The notes beneath the pieces were generated by a model. That model was not told where the DNA came from and searched no databases. It saw only the letters and a program-made list of their open reading frames with translations. Positions 37,774 to 47,647 of a DNA stretch of 64,000 bases are shown here, in pieces. The stretch's first letter is position 1. Each line of letters begins with the position of its first letter. Source of the DNA: Oceanispirochaeta sp. (GTDB taxonomy: Bacteria > Spirochaetota > Spirochaetia > DSM-2461); the NCBI GenBank assembly GCA_963666275.2, contig CAXXOA010000002.1, positions 992,001-1,056,000 of the forward strand. The letters run 5' to 3'. A program made the position numbers and the translations under genes.

Positions 37774-38946
37774 TCAGCCTGAGGTGATTTCTCTGTGGCC
37801 CTTCAGAAATATAATCGCCACAAGGGCTCCCATAAGAGGGAAGAGAGAGAATACCTGATAAAGGACCGGGAAATTCCAGAATTTCAGGATGATCCCGCCC
37901 AGTATTCCTCCCATAAAGAGAGGAGCACCCATTCCGGCTGCCGTATAGAGAGACATGGCTATTCCCCGGCTTCTTGCGGAAGTGGCATGATTGATCAGAG
38001 TCACCATGCAGAGGTGGTTAATTCCGAAAGAGAGGCCGTGGCAGATCTGGGCATAGTAGAGAGGAGTGAGCGAGTCCGCCAGAGAGTAGACCTGCATTCT
38101 GATGATACCAGCGGCCAGGCCGACAAGCCACAGGCGCTTCAGTGAGAATTTCTTCAGAAGAAATCCCGAATAGAAAAACAGGGGTATCTCCAGGATCGGT
38201 CCGATGGCCCAGAGGGCTCCGATTTCCGAAGTATGGAACCTGTTGCTCAGGAGCAGGGAGAAAAAGGTGTTGTGACCTGATATTCCCAGAGTATTGAGAA
38301 GGGCAATCCCCATTCCCACCCAGTAGATGGCGGGAAAGGTTTTCAGGGTGGCAAAAAAGGGCAGATGGACTTCATCCGGGCGGGAGTGCAGGTTTTCTGT
38401 GGGCAGAAAACTGATTACAAGAGCCGCCAGGGACAGCATCAGGGCGAATCCTGTAAAAACCGAATAGGGCCGGTTTCCCGACACCAGTCCTGTGATATGG
38501 ATTATTCCCAGGGTCACTGTATAGCCCAGGCTCCCCCCCTGCCGGGATCTGCCATAGCTCTCTCGGGGGTATCTCATGGTTTGTCCGTACATGGCATCCG
38601 ACAGAGATGAGGGGGATTTGATTAGAAATCCCACTCCCAGCGCCGCCGGGATAAATATCCAGAAAGAAGAGGACCGGACCAGCAGGAAGAAGAGTCCGAT
38701 TGCAGTGAGGATTATAAAAACCAGGGTTCTTCTGGGAGAGTTGAACCGGTCGTAGGCCCTTCCCAGAATCAGGAGTCCGAATATGGAGAAAAGTTCATAA
38801 CTCCCCATGAGAAATCCGATGCCGGAAGGTTCCATTCCCTTGTTCTGCAGAATCAGAGGCAGAAAGGGAGTGAGGATGGAAACAGCCCCGAAGAGAAAAA
38901 AGTAATTTGCTGTATAGGCTGTAAAATGCGATAGCTTTTCTTTCAT
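37774..38946 (-). CDS. MFS transporter (HcaT/LacY-like)
   Basis: About 12 TM helices, YGRSR..GSLGY, EIPLFF, Q..HG. Confidence 0.85.
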   Translation of the reverse strand: MKEKLSHFTAYTANYFFLFGAVSILTPFLPLILQNKGMEPSGIGFLMGSYELFSIFGLLILGRAYDRFNSPRRTLVFIILTAIGLFFLLVRSSSFWIFIPAALGVGFLIKSPSSLSDAMYGQTMRYPRESYGRSRQGGSLGYTVTLGIIHITGLVSGNRPYSVFTGFALMLSLAALVISFLPTENLHSRPDEVHLPFFATLKTFPAIYWVGMGIALLNTLGISGHNTFFSLLLSNRFHTSEIGALWAIGPILEIPLFFYSGFLLKKFSLKRLWLVGLAAGIIRMQVYSLADSLTPLYYAQICHGLSFGINHLCMVTLINHATSARSRGIAMSLYTAAGMGAPLFMGGILGGIILKFWNFPVLYQVFSLFPLMGALVAIIFLKGHREITSG

Positions 38947-39026
38947 TACACCAATCATAATGCAATCCGGGGGGATTCAGAATAGGGATTCTCTCTTTTT
39001 ATATTTTTAAAGGAAATGTTGTTTAA

Positions 39027-39070
39027 TAAATGTTTAGCAGATTGACTAAACGTTTAATGATCATTATTAT
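39027..39070 (+). promoter_or_regulatory. LacI-type operators overlapping the promoter
   Basis: TAAATGTTTA (39027-39036) and TAAACGTTTA (39047-39056); TTGACT-17-TATTAT. Confidence 0.65.
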
Positions 39071-39078
39071 CACCCCAC

Positions 39079-40113
39079 ATGAATGTAACCATACGGGATG
39101 TGGCGGCCAAAGCCGGGGTTTCCCCGGCCACGGTTTCGCTTGTTTTAAATCATAAACCCGGAGTCGGGAATGAAACACGGGAGCATGTTTTCCGGGTGGC
39201 CAAGGCCATGAACTATGATCTGAATAACCCTGTAAAAAGTTCGGAACGGGGTGTCCTGGGGTTTCTGACCATTGCCAGGCACGGCCACATGGTCAATCCG
39301 GATCACTATGCTTTTATATCAGAGTATATTGAGGGGGCTGAAAAAGAGGCCCGCAGTGCCGGATACTCCCTTGAGGTCAGGCAGTTCGAAGAGCAGGATC
39401 TGAGCGGGATTTTCCGGGAGCTCCAGGGGCTTCCTTTTGCCGGCGCTGTCGTCCTGGCCACAGAGCTGTCAGAAGAAGATCTTTTGGTTTTCCGGGAACT
39501 TCCCTTTCCGGTTGTCTTTATTGATGCCAATCACCCCATTCCCTTCTGCGATTTTGTGGATATGGATAACGAAGGGGCGGTATTCTCCGTTTTACGGAAA
39601 CTGAAAAATAAAGGACACAAAAAAATAGGTCTGGTCAGATCCACCTATGAAACCAGAAACTTCCGCCTGAGGGAAAGAGGTTATTATGACGGACTTCTCT
39701 CCTGCGGTCTGTTCAGTTCGGATCAGTATGTCTATTCGGTGGATTCCCGTTTCCGGGATGCCTATCTGGATATGAAGAAGATCCTTGAAAGCGGAGCCGA
39801 GCTGCCTACGGCCCTGTTCTGTGTCTGTGATGTCATTGCTCTGGGGGTGATGAAGGCCCTGAAAGACTCCGGGTACAGCATTCCCGGAGATATTTCCGTG
39901 GTGGGGTTTGATGATATCCCGGCGGGGCAGATGGCAGATCCTCCTCTTTCGACGGTTCAGGTTTCCAAGCAGTACATGGGTATGAAGGCTTTCCAGCTCC
40001 TTTTCCATAGATTGAATTCCCCCGGGGACAGTCCCCGGGAAAAAATTCTCATAAGCAGCCAGGTCGTGTTCCGGGAAAGTGTCCGGGACGGCAATGCCCC
40101 AGGAGGTAAATAA
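39079..40113 (+). CDS. LacI-family transcriptional regulator
   Basis: TIRDVAAKAGVSPATVS; ISVVGFDD; PPLSTV. Confidence 0.95.
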   Translation: MNVTIRDVAAKAGVSPATVSLVLNHKPGVGNETREHVFRVAKAMNYDLNNPVKSSERGVLGFLTIARHGHMVNPDHYAFISEYIEGAEKEARSAGYSLEVRQFEEQDLSGIFRELQGLPFAGAVVLATELSEEDLLVFRELPFPVVFIDANHPIPFCDFVDMDNEGAVFSVLRKLKNKGHKKIGLVRSTYETRNFRLRERGYYDGLLSCGLFSSDQYVYSVDSRFRDAYLDMKKILESGAELPTALFCVCDVIALGVMKALKDSGYSIPGDISVVGFDDIPAGQMADPPLSTVQVSKQYMGMKAFQLLFHRLNSPGDSPREKILISSQVVFRESVRDGNAPGGK

Positions 40114-40988
40114 TGAAGATTCTCAATTTCGGTTCTCTCAATATTGATCATGTCTATCAGGTTCCCCATATGGTCCGCCCGGGGGAGACTCTCTCCAGCT
40201 CGTCGCTGGATCACTTTGCCGGCGGCAAAGGTGCCAATCAGTCTGTGGCCCTGGCCAAGGCCGGTCTTGATGTCTGGCATGCGGGAAAAATCGGCGAAGA
40301 GGGAGTCTGGCTTACAGAACTCCTGCAGAAATACGGCGTTCATACAGAATATGTGGAGTCCTATGACGGTCCCACGGGACACACCATTATTCAGGTAACC
40401 CCTGAAGGACAGAACTCTATTATCCTCTTCGGCGGGGGAAATCAGAGCATCGCCCGGGAGGAGATCGACAGAACCATTGCGAATTTTTCAGAAGGGGACT
40501 ATCTGGTGCTCCAGAACGAAATCAATGAGATGCCCTATATCCTTCAGGCCGCCAGAGCCCGGGGAATGGTGATCTGCCTGAACCCGGCTCCCTTTGATCA
40601 GAAAATTCTCTCCTGGCCACTGGAAGTGGTAAACCTTCTTGTAGTCAATGAGATCGAAGCCCAGGAACTGGCCGGTGTGGAAGGAACCTTTCAGGAGGTT
40701 CTGGATGAACTGGTCCGGAAGTATCCTGATATGGAAATCCTTATGACAGTGGGAAAAGAAGGGGCCTATTTCGGCAGGAAAGAGGAGCGGATCCATGTTC
40801 CCATCGTGGAGGCGCCTGTGGTTGATACTACCGCTGCGGGAGATACCTTCTTCGGTTATTTCCTGGCATCCCGGATAAAAGGCCTTTCTGTGAAAGAGTC
40901 TATGGAGAGAGCCACCAGGGCCTCTGCTGTTACCGTATCCCGACCGGGAGCTATGGATTCCATACCCCTGGCGTCGGAACTGGACTGA
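40113..40988 (+). CDS. rbsK: Ribokinase (PfkB family)
   Basis: GGKGANQ, LQNE, NE.E, DTTAAGDTF. Confidence 0.85.
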   Translation: MKILNFGSLNIDHVYQVPHMVRPGETLSSSSLDHFAGGKGANQSVALAKAGLDVWHAGKIGEEGVWLTELLQKYGVHTEYVESYDGPTGHTIIQVTPEGQNSIILFGGGNQSIAREEIDRTIANFSEGDYLVLQNEINEMPYILQAARARGMVICLNPAPFDQKILSWPLEVVNLLVVNEIEAQELAGVEGTFQEVLDELVRKYPDMEILMTVGKEGAYFGRKEERIHVPIVEAPVVDTTAAGDTFFGYFLASRIKGLSVKESMERATRASAVTVSRPGAMDSIPLASELD

Positions 40989-41025
40989 AAGTGATGGCCG
41001 CAGATCTGCCGCCTCAAGAGGGACA

Positions 41026-42051
41026 TTAATCCCAGTACAGAAGGATCTTTCCCGATTGGCCTGAAGCCATGATTTCAAAGCCTCTGTAAAATTCATCCAC
41101 CGGCATACGGTGGGTGATGATTCTGGTGATATCCAGACCCGACCGGATCATGGCGGCCATTTTGTACCAGGTCTCAAACATCTCTCTTCCGTAGATTCCT
41201 TTTAAAAGAAGCCCTTTGAAAATGATCTGATTCCAGTCGACCCGGGTTTCATCCGGGGGAATCCCAAGAAGGGCTACCTTCCCGCCATTGTTCATCTTCT
41301 GAAAAAGCTGGTGCTGAGCTCCGCTGCTGCCTGACATCTCCATGCCGATATCGAATCCCTCCAGCATATGAAGTTCTCCCATGATAGTGTCCAGGTCATC
41401 CGTCTCAATGTTCACGGCCCTGGTGACTCCCATCTGCCGGGCCAGATTCAGGCGGTACTCGTTTCTGTCGGTGATAATCACATACCGGGCGCCTCCGTGT
41501 CGGGCCACTGCGGCGGCCATGATCCCTATGGGACCGGCCCCTGTAATCAGCACATCCTCCCCGACCAGGTCGAAAGAGAGGGCCGTATGAACCGCATTCC
41601 CGAAAGGATCGAAAACAGCCGCCGCTTCATCGGAGATAAAATCATCCAGCTTGAAAGCATTGTAGGCGGGCATCACCAGGTATTCGGCAAAGCAGCCCTG
41701 ACGGTTAACACCGATTCCTTCGGTATTACGGCACAGATGGCGCTTTCCCGCCCGGCAGTTCCGGCAGTGACCGCAGGTGATATGCCCCTCTCCCGTCACC
41801 CGGTCACCCGGGGAAAAGCCTGCCACTTCGCTGCCCATGGCTTCCACAGTTCCCACAAACTCATGGCCTGTAATCATGGGGACCGGAATCGTTCGGGCCG
41901 CCCATTTATCCCAGTTGAATATATGTACATCCGTCCCGCAGATAGCAGTAATTTTAATCCTGATCAGCAGGTCGTTGGGGCCGTATTCCGGGAGGGGAGC
42001 ATTGATCATCCAGAGCCCCGGTTCGGCTTTGGATTTGGCCAGGGCTTTCAC
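41026..42051 (-). CDS. tdh: L-threonine 3-dehydrogenase
   Basis: [40 protein letters not shown]. Confidence 0.95.
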   Translation of the reverse strand: MKALAKSKAEPGLWMINAPLPEYGPNDLLIRIKITAICGTDVHIFNWDKWAARTIPVPMITGHEFVGTVEAMGSEVAGFSPGDRVTGEGHITCGHCRNCRAGKRHLCRNTEGIGVNRQGCFAEYLVMPAYNAFKLDDFISDEAAAVFDPFGNAVHTALSFDLVGEDVLITGAGPIGIMAAAVARHGGARYVIITDRNEYRLNLARQMGVTRAVNIETDDLDTIMGELHMLEGFDIGMEMSGSSGAQHQLFQKMNNGGKVALLGIPPDETRVDWNQIIFKGLLLKGIYGREMFETWYKMAAMIRSGLDITRIITHRMPVDEFYRGFEIMASGQSGKILLYWD

Positions 42052-43238
42052 GGGATGATCTCCATTTCCCGCCCGGTTTCTATGATCTTATCCAGAGCGA
42101 ACAGGACCTGTTCTTCCGAATGGGCTCCGGACATCTGAAAGCGGATCCTGGCTTCTCCCATGGGAACCACAGGATAGGAAAAGCTGATGGCATACACTCC
42201 CTTCTGCAGAAGGATTTCCGCCATCCTCCCTGCCAGGGCGGCATCGCCCAGCATCAGCGGAACAATGGGGTGCTCCCCCGGGGGAATGGTAAATCCGGCG
42301 TCCTTCAGGGTTCTCCGGAAGAGCCAGGTATGGGATATCAGGGTTTCCCTGAGTTCTTCCGACTGCCGGATTAGCCGTATGGCTTCTATGGCGGTGGCTG
42401 TGATCACCGGGGGAAGAGAGTTGGAAAAAAGGTAGGGCCGGGAACGCTGACGGAGCCAGCTGATGATCTCCCGGCGGCCGGAAGTATATCCCCCCGAAGC
42501 GCCGCCCAGAGCTTTTCCCAGGGTTCCTGTCAGGATATCCACCCGCTCTGTGACGCCCCGGTACTCGGGGGTCCCCCTGCCGGATTCGCCGATAAAGCCC
42601 ACCGCATGGGAGTCGTCCACCATCACCAGGGCATCGTATTGATCCGCCAGATCGCAGATTCCCTTCAGATCCGCTATGATCCCGTCCATGGAAAAGACGC
42701 CGTCCGTGGCGATCATCCGGAACCGGGCCTGCCGGGACTTCTTCAGCTGCTCCTCCAGGTCGGCCATATCATTATTGCGGTAGCGGTAGCGCTCGGCTTT
42801 GCAGAGACGGATCCCGTCAATGATGCTGGCATGGTTCAGGGCATCGCTGATGACGGCATCCTCCGGACCCAGTAGGGTTTCAAAGAGCCCCCCGTTGGCA
42901 TCAAAACAGGATGAGTAGAGAATGGTATCCTCCGTCCCCAGGAAGGAACTGATCTCCTTTTCCAGTTGTCTATGGATGGTCTGGGTACCGCAGATAAAGC
43001 GGACAGACGAAAGGCCGTAGCCGTAGTCCTTCAGGGATTGCCGGGCCTTTCTGACAAGATCGGGATGATTGGCCAGTCCCAGGTAGTTGTTGGCGCAGAA
43101 ATTGAGCACTTTGGCGCCGTTTTCAAGCTGCACCTCCGCCTGCTGGGCTGTGGTGATCACCCTTTCGGTTTTATAGAGCCCTTTTTCCCTGAGCTCTTCC
43201 AGTTCCCCTGTCAGATATTTCAGAAGTGATATGCTCAT
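42048..43238 (-). CDS. kbl: Glycine C-acetyltransferase (2-amino-3-ketobutyrate CoA ligase)
   Basis: [28 protein letters not shown]; paired with tdh. Confidence 0.95.
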   Translation of the reverse strand: MSISLLKYLTGELEELREKGLYKTERVITTAQQAEVQLENGAKVLNFCANNYLGLANHPDLVRKARQSLKDYGYGLSSVRFICGTQTIHRQLEKEISSFLGTEDTILYSSCFDANGGLFETLLGPEDAVISDALNHASIIDGIRLCKAERYRYRNNDMADLEEQLKKSRQARFRMIATDGVFSMDGIIADLKGICDLADQYDALVMVDDSHAVGFIGESGRGTPEYRGVTERVDILTGTLGKALGGASGGYTSGRREIISWLRQRSRPYLFSNSLPPVITATAIEAIRLIRQSEELRETLISHTWLFRRTLKDAGFTIPPGEHPIVPLMLGDAALAGRMAEILLQKGVYAISFSYPVVPMGEARIRFQMSGAHSEEQVLFALDKIIETGREMEIIP

Positions 43239-43336
43239 AGTGGGTCCCCCTCTACTGAAGATTATAAGTCTATTGGTAGGGGAACTCAAAAAGAGCTGAT
43301 GGGGAGGGAAGGATTCCTATAGCCTGTCCCGGAGAT

Positions 43337-43630
43337 TCAGCAGCAGCATCCGGAATCTCCGCCGCAATCGCAGCCTATCTCGTCCCTTCCCTTCAGGCGG
43401 GACTGAATGACCGCAGAAGCGCATCCCACCCCTTTCTCTATTCTGATTGCAGAAGCAGAACAGTTCATCATGCAGGCACCGCACTCCATACAGTTGTCTC
43501 TTTCCCTGAGGACAGCTCTGCCGTCGACAAGCTGAAACACTTCATGAGGGCAGACGGATACGCACATGCCGCATCCGGTGCACAGGTTTTTATCATATGC
43601 CAGTGTGGTAACGCCCTTAATATATTTCAT
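43337..43630 (-). CDS. hgcB: Mercury methylation ferredoxin HgcB
   Basis: MKYIKGVTTL, CTGCGMC..VCPH, CMECGAC, GVGCA, C-terminal CCC; ATGA overlap with hgcA. Confidence 0.93.
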   Translation of the reverse strand: MKYIKGVTTLAYDKNLCTGCGMCVSVCPHEVFQLVDGRAVLRERDNCMECGACMMNCSASAIRIEKGVGCASAVIQSRLKGRDEIGCDCGGDSGCCC

Positions 43631-44625
43631 GATAGAATCCCTCCTGCTGTTATGAGAGCCAGACTGCCCGCACACCCTGCCAGAAGAAGGGGGATACTCA
43701 GTTTCATCTCTTTCCGGACCCCCGAGAGGGAGGTATAGGTACTGCTCCCGGTCAGGTTCAATACCTGATAGACGATCCAGCAGAGCAGAAGCAGGCTTTT
43801 TCCGGCGGAATACATATTTCCGGCTGCGGGGGATCCGGGATTTCCCATAAACTGCAGTGCCAGTACATACAGGATTCCCAGGAAAAGACCCTTCAGGGAG
43901 AAGGCCCGTCCCGGGAGCAGAGGCAGAAGGGCTCCTGCCAGGAGGGATCCTGTAAATCCTGCACCCAGGGAGAGGACTGTGTTTTCGCCTATCTGCCGGG
44001 CAAGGGCACCGGATCCCATGAATAGAGCATCTGTGAATGAGAAGAGAACTGTCAGGATGGCTGCATGAGGCAGGGACTGTACAAAATGCGTCAGTGAGAC
44101 GGCAAGCCTTTCTGGCAGGGGGAATTCCTTCCGTCTCATTGAGGCATCCGCCTGCATGCCCTTTTCCAGATACCGGGGAAGATCCCTGGCTTCGACGGGG
44201 CCGTAGTAAACGGTAAACCCGGTCTCTCTCTTTACCTGTCCCGGTGTTATGCCGGGGGCGCCCAGCTGAGGGAGTATCAGTTTTCTGTGATCCACAAGAT
44301 CTGCCAGCCCGACGCGGGATATTCTTTTTATAAGTTCCTCTGTCCCGAATGTCCCTTTCCCGGCGGCACACCAGACATTGATGCCGTCCGTATCCAGAAC
44401 CAGAATCCATCCGTCGATACCGCAGAGGTTTTTCCGCAGATGGTCCAGAGTCAGCTTATAGTTGGCAGTGACAAAAACAGGGCTTTTCCTGTCAGGAGAT
44501 CCAATCCTGTAGATACCGGGATTGACTCTGTACCGGGTTCTCCCTATCCCCGAACGAACCATGAGAGCTCCCATATAGTCCCTGAAGGTCCACCGGGATT
44601 CCAGTCCTGGAATGAGCATCAGCAC
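43627..44625 (-). CDS. hgcA: Mercury methylation corrinoid protein HgcA
   Basis: Cap-helix NVWCAAGK, TANYKLT, LILPQLGAPG, GPV.A.D, C-terminal TM helices ending TGSSTYTSLSGV.KE. Confidence 0.95.
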   Translation of the reverse strand: MLMLIPGLESRWTFRDYMGALMVRSGIGRTRYRVNPGIYRIGSPDRKSPVFVTANYKLTLDHLRKNLCGIDGWILVLDTDGINVWCAAGKGTFGTEELIKRISRVGLADLVDHRKLILPQLGAPGITPGQVKRETGFTVYYGPVEARDLPRYLEKGMQADASMRRKEFPLPERLAVSLTHFVQSLPHAAILTVLFSFTDALFMGSGALARQIGENTVLSLGAGFTGSLLAGALLPLLPGRAFSLKGLFLGILYVLALQFMGNPGSPAAGNMYSAGKSLLLLCWIVYQVLNLTGSSTYTSLSGVRKEMKLSIPLLLAGCAGSLALITAGGILS

Positions 44626-45092
44626 TCCCTTTCTCCTTCGTCGCAGCAGGCTCCGGCCTGGTTGATGGTCGTGAACAGGGTATTCAGGTAGGCCATGGAT
44701 TCAAGAGCTCTCTTCATGGCCGGCTCATTCAGATCCGATAGAATCCGGGAGTATTTCCCATTCATTTCGGCATTGATATCCCGGGTTTTCAGAAGGCCTT
44801 TTTCGGTCAGAGAAATATTTTTCTGTCTTCTGTCATCGGGATTTTCACTCCTTTTGAGATACCCGTCCCTGACCATTCTGTCGACGGTTCTGCTCAAAAT
44901 GCTTTTGTCCATTCCCAGTGTTTCGGTCAGTTCGGAGACTGCAGCGGTACCGCAGCTGTCAAGTTCCATAAGGATATGGCATTCATTCAGCTTTATACCG
45001 CAGCATTCCACGTCGTTTCTGATGCTGCCGCTGAGCAGGCGCTCCATTTTTCTCATGGACTGCCTGAAATCCATTATAAATGTCTCATTCAT
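44619..45092 (-). CDS. Cys-rich MarR-family regulator
   Basis: Winged HTH with DKSILSR.VD.M and D.RQK.I.LT.KG; CCG..ECH and C-terminal CC..C; start probably ATG 45092. Confidence 0.88.
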   Translation of the reverse strand: MNETFIMDFRQSMRKMERLLSGSIRNDVECCGIKLNECHILMELDSCGTAAVSELTETLGMDKSILSRTVDRMVRDGYLKRSENPDDRRQKNISLTEKGLLKTRDINAEMNGKYSRILSDLNEPAMKRALESMAYLNTLFTTINQAGACCDEGEREC

Positions 45093-45119
45093 GGGAATAT
45101 TATTAGTATGGGTTGTTTG

Positions 45120-45156
45120 AAAAGTCAATAGTTGATTTATGAAACTATTGACTTTT
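45120..45156. promoter_or_regulatory. 14-bp inverted repeat (operator and/or terminator)
   Basis: AAAAGTCAATAGTT-N9-AACTATTGACTTTT overlapping the minus-strand TTGACT upstream of marR. Confidence 0.6.
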
Positions 45157-45191
45157 TATATAGTCTGGGAGGTCTGGTTTCCGCTTCAGTT

Positions 45192-46538
45192 CTAAAGGAC
45201 CCTGTTGGTCGCCATGACCCGGCTGTAATACTTTCCCGACTCTTTGACTGTCCGTTTCTGAGTCTCATAATCCACCCTGACAATTCCGAACCGTTTGGCA
45301 TAGCCGAAGGACCACTCGAAGTTATCCATCAGGGACCAGACATAGTAGCCCTTCAGATTGACACCCTCCGAGACAGCCCTGTGAAGAGATTTCAGATGAG
45401 ACCTCAGATAGCTGATGCGGTCTATGTCCTGAATCGTGCCGTCCTCCTCCACCTTATCGTCCGCAGCCATGCCGTTTTCGGTAATATAGATGGGAAGGTC
45501 ACCGAAATACTCTTTTGTGAAGTTCAGGGACCAGTAGATCGCTTCGGGGGTGATGTCCCATCCCATATCGGTTTTCGGATGGCCCGGGGGAAGTTTCACA
45601 TCGCTGAACCCGTTGGGATTCTCAGCCGGTCTGACGGGGGGACAGGTATAGTAGTTGTATCCTATATAGTCCATGGGAGCGGAGATGACAGCCATTTCCT
45701 CTTCCGTGTACTCCGGCAGGGCTCCGAAATTCCTTCTGTATTCCTCCTCTTCGTACTTACCTGTCATCAGAGGGAACAGCCGCTGCAGATTCTTTATCTT
45801 CCAGGCTTTTCTGGCCGCCTCCCGGTAGGGTTCCTCCGCAAGAAGAGGCCAGGGGGCTTCCAGGTTTTCCACAAGGCCCGCATAGGCACCGGGAACATTC
45901 TGCCGGATCTTCTGCAGGGCCAAACCGTGACCCAGCAGGGCGTTGTGGATCGTCTGGTTTACCACCTGCTCGCTTTCAATTCCTCCCGGCGCATGCTGAC
46001 CGATTTTATGGGCCAGGATGGTAAAGCACATGATCTCATTGATGGTGGCCCATTTCTTTACCCTGTCGCCCAGCGCCCGGGTCACCACATCTGTGTAGTC
46101 CGCAAAGAGCCGGCTCACTTCTTTGCTCTTCCAACCGCCGTAGCGGTCCTGCAGAGTCTGGGGGAGGTCCCAATGAAAAAGGGTTATCAGCGGCTCTATA
46201 TCCGCTGCCAGCAGATCATCCACCAGGCGGGAGTAGAAATCCAGTCCTTTCTGATTGACCTGTCCCTCTCCTTCGGGGAGTATCCGGGGCCAGGCGATCG
46301 AGAAGCGGTAGTGTTTCAGCCCCAGCTCCTTCATGAGAGCGATATCCTCTCCGGTCCTGTGGTAGTGATCGCAGGCCACATCTCCCGTATGCCCTCCGTA
46401 GACTTTTCCAGGCTGCCGGGAAAAGGTATCCCATGTGGAGAGGCCCCTTCCGTCCTCGTTGTAGGCCCCTTCTATCTGATAGGAAGCCGTGGCGGCTCCC
46501 CAGGTAAAATCATCAGGAAAACGGTATGTCTGTTCCAT
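45192..46538 (-). CDS. GH1 beta-glucosidase
   Basis: WGAATASYQIEG, TINE acid/base, ITENG nucleophile, WSLMDNFEW. Confidence 0.95.
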   Translation of the reverse strand: MEQTYRFPDDFTWGAATASYQIEGAYNEDGRGLSTWDTFSRQPGKVYGGHTGDVACDHYHRTGEDIALMKELGLKHYRFSIAWPRILPEGEGQVNQKGLDFYSRLVDDLLAADIEPLITLFHWDLPQTLQDRYGGWKSKEVSRLFADYTDVVTRALGDRVKKWATINEIMCFTILAHKIGQHAPGGIESEQVVNQTIHNALLGHGLALQKIRQNVPGAYAGLVENLEAPWPLLAEEPYREAARKAWKIKNLQRLFPLMTGKYEEEEYRRNFGALPEYTEEEMAVISAPMDYIGYNYYTCPPVRPAENPNGFSDVKLPPGHPKTDMGWDITPEAIYWSLNFTKEYFGDLPIYITENGMAADDKVEEDGTIQDIDRISYLRSHLKSLHRAVSEGVNLKGYYVWSLMDNFEWSFGYAKRFGIVRVDYETQKRTVKESGKYYSRVMATNRVL

Positions 46539-46650
46539 TTTCGTTCCTCCCTGTCTCTTCTATTCTATTTAACTATAATTTATTTGACGTTCTCTTGAAA
46601 ATTAATGATTTTTTATTGTTATTATTTGATTTTTTATCCATCCTGTCCGT

Positions 46651-47496
46651 ATGGGAAACGTTCAGACCATCACTCTGCCGGATATCCGGCCCTACCGTTT
46701 TTTTCTCAACAGAATCCATACGCATAAAACCTGGTCTTTTCCCAGGCACCGGCATCATGATGTTTTTGAATTCTACTTTGTCTTTGAAGGAATACTCAAG
46801 CAGGTTTTTGATTCGGAAGAGATACTGATGGAGCCGGGAGACTTTCTGGCCATTGGAGAAGAGGAGTATCATAGTCTCAACGGAAGGGTTTTCGGATTCT
46901 ATAATCTCATACTTCCCGTGGAGGACTGGAAGGAATTCTTAAAACTCCCGGAAATCGGTCAAGCCTTCTCCGCTCTCAGGGGTTCCGGGAGGTTTCATAC
47001 CAACGTGCCCTCGGGAAAAAGAGCCCGCATCAGGAATCTTCTGGATGAACTGTTCCTCTATCAGAAAAAACCCTACGGAGATCTGCTGCTCCAGAAATTC
47101 CTCATTACCCTGATTGCGGATCTATCAGAACCGAAAGAACCCCATCCTGAAGCCTCTCTTCCCCCCTGGCTTCAAACCGTGATCGAGCTTTCAATGACCC
47201 GGCTGAGTGAGGGAATCACCCCCCTGGAAATGGCAGAGCTCTGCCAGAGGTCTCCCGAACACCTGGCCAGGAGTTTCAGAAAATATATGGGAACCACTCC
47301 CTCATCCTGGCTGAATGAACAGAAGCTGAAACAGGCCTGTCTGCTGCTGGAGCACTCCAATACCCCCGTCCTGGACATCGCTCTCTCCCTGGGTTACGGG
47401 AATCTGAATTATTTTTACAGACTTTTCAAAGAGAGGTTCGGTCTGCCCCCCGGAGAATTCCGCAGGAAACAGTCCATATTGTCCAATTTCAATTGA
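46651..47496 (+). CDS. AraC-family regulator (cupin plus HTH)
   Basis: H.H..FEF; HLARSFRK; GYGNLNYFYRLFK. Confidence 0.92.
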   Translation: MGNVQTITLPDIRPYRFFLNRIHTHKTWSFPRHRHHDVFEFYFVFEGILKQVFDSEEILMEPGDFLAIGEEEYHSLNGRVFGFYNLILPVEDWKEFLKLPEIGQAFSALRGSGRFHTNVPSGKRARIRNLLDELFLYQKKPYGDLLLQKFLITLIADLSEPKEPHPEASLPPWLQTVIELSMTRLSEGITPLEMAELCQRSPEHLARSFRKYMGTTPSSWLNEQKLKQACLLLEHSNTPVLDIALSLGYGNLNYFYRLFKERFGLPPGEFRRKQSILSNFN

Positions 47497-47647
47497 ATCG
47501 GCTCAGCCCTTTTTAATTACGCTAATTATCTCATTTTGTTTTGCATCCGGAAAATACAGGGGTTAAAATTCAAGGTACCTGCCGTATCCTGATCCCGCCG
47601 GGATACTACCTGCATACACATACGGGCAAACGCATTTACAAAGGAGT

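Noticed and set aside
43337..44410. 357-aa ORF, or a fused HgcAB
   Set aside because: The upstream part is an alternative frame of hgcA; hgcB starts at ATG 43630 and hgcA has its own stop
45132..46598. 488-aa plus-strand ORF
   Set aside because: Antisense shadow of the GH1 gene with no recognisable motifs
47585..47647. c-di-GMP riboswitch (GGCAAAC) upstream of the CsgG-like gene
   Set aside because: Only a short motif and one hairpin; no room for the second stem before the SD
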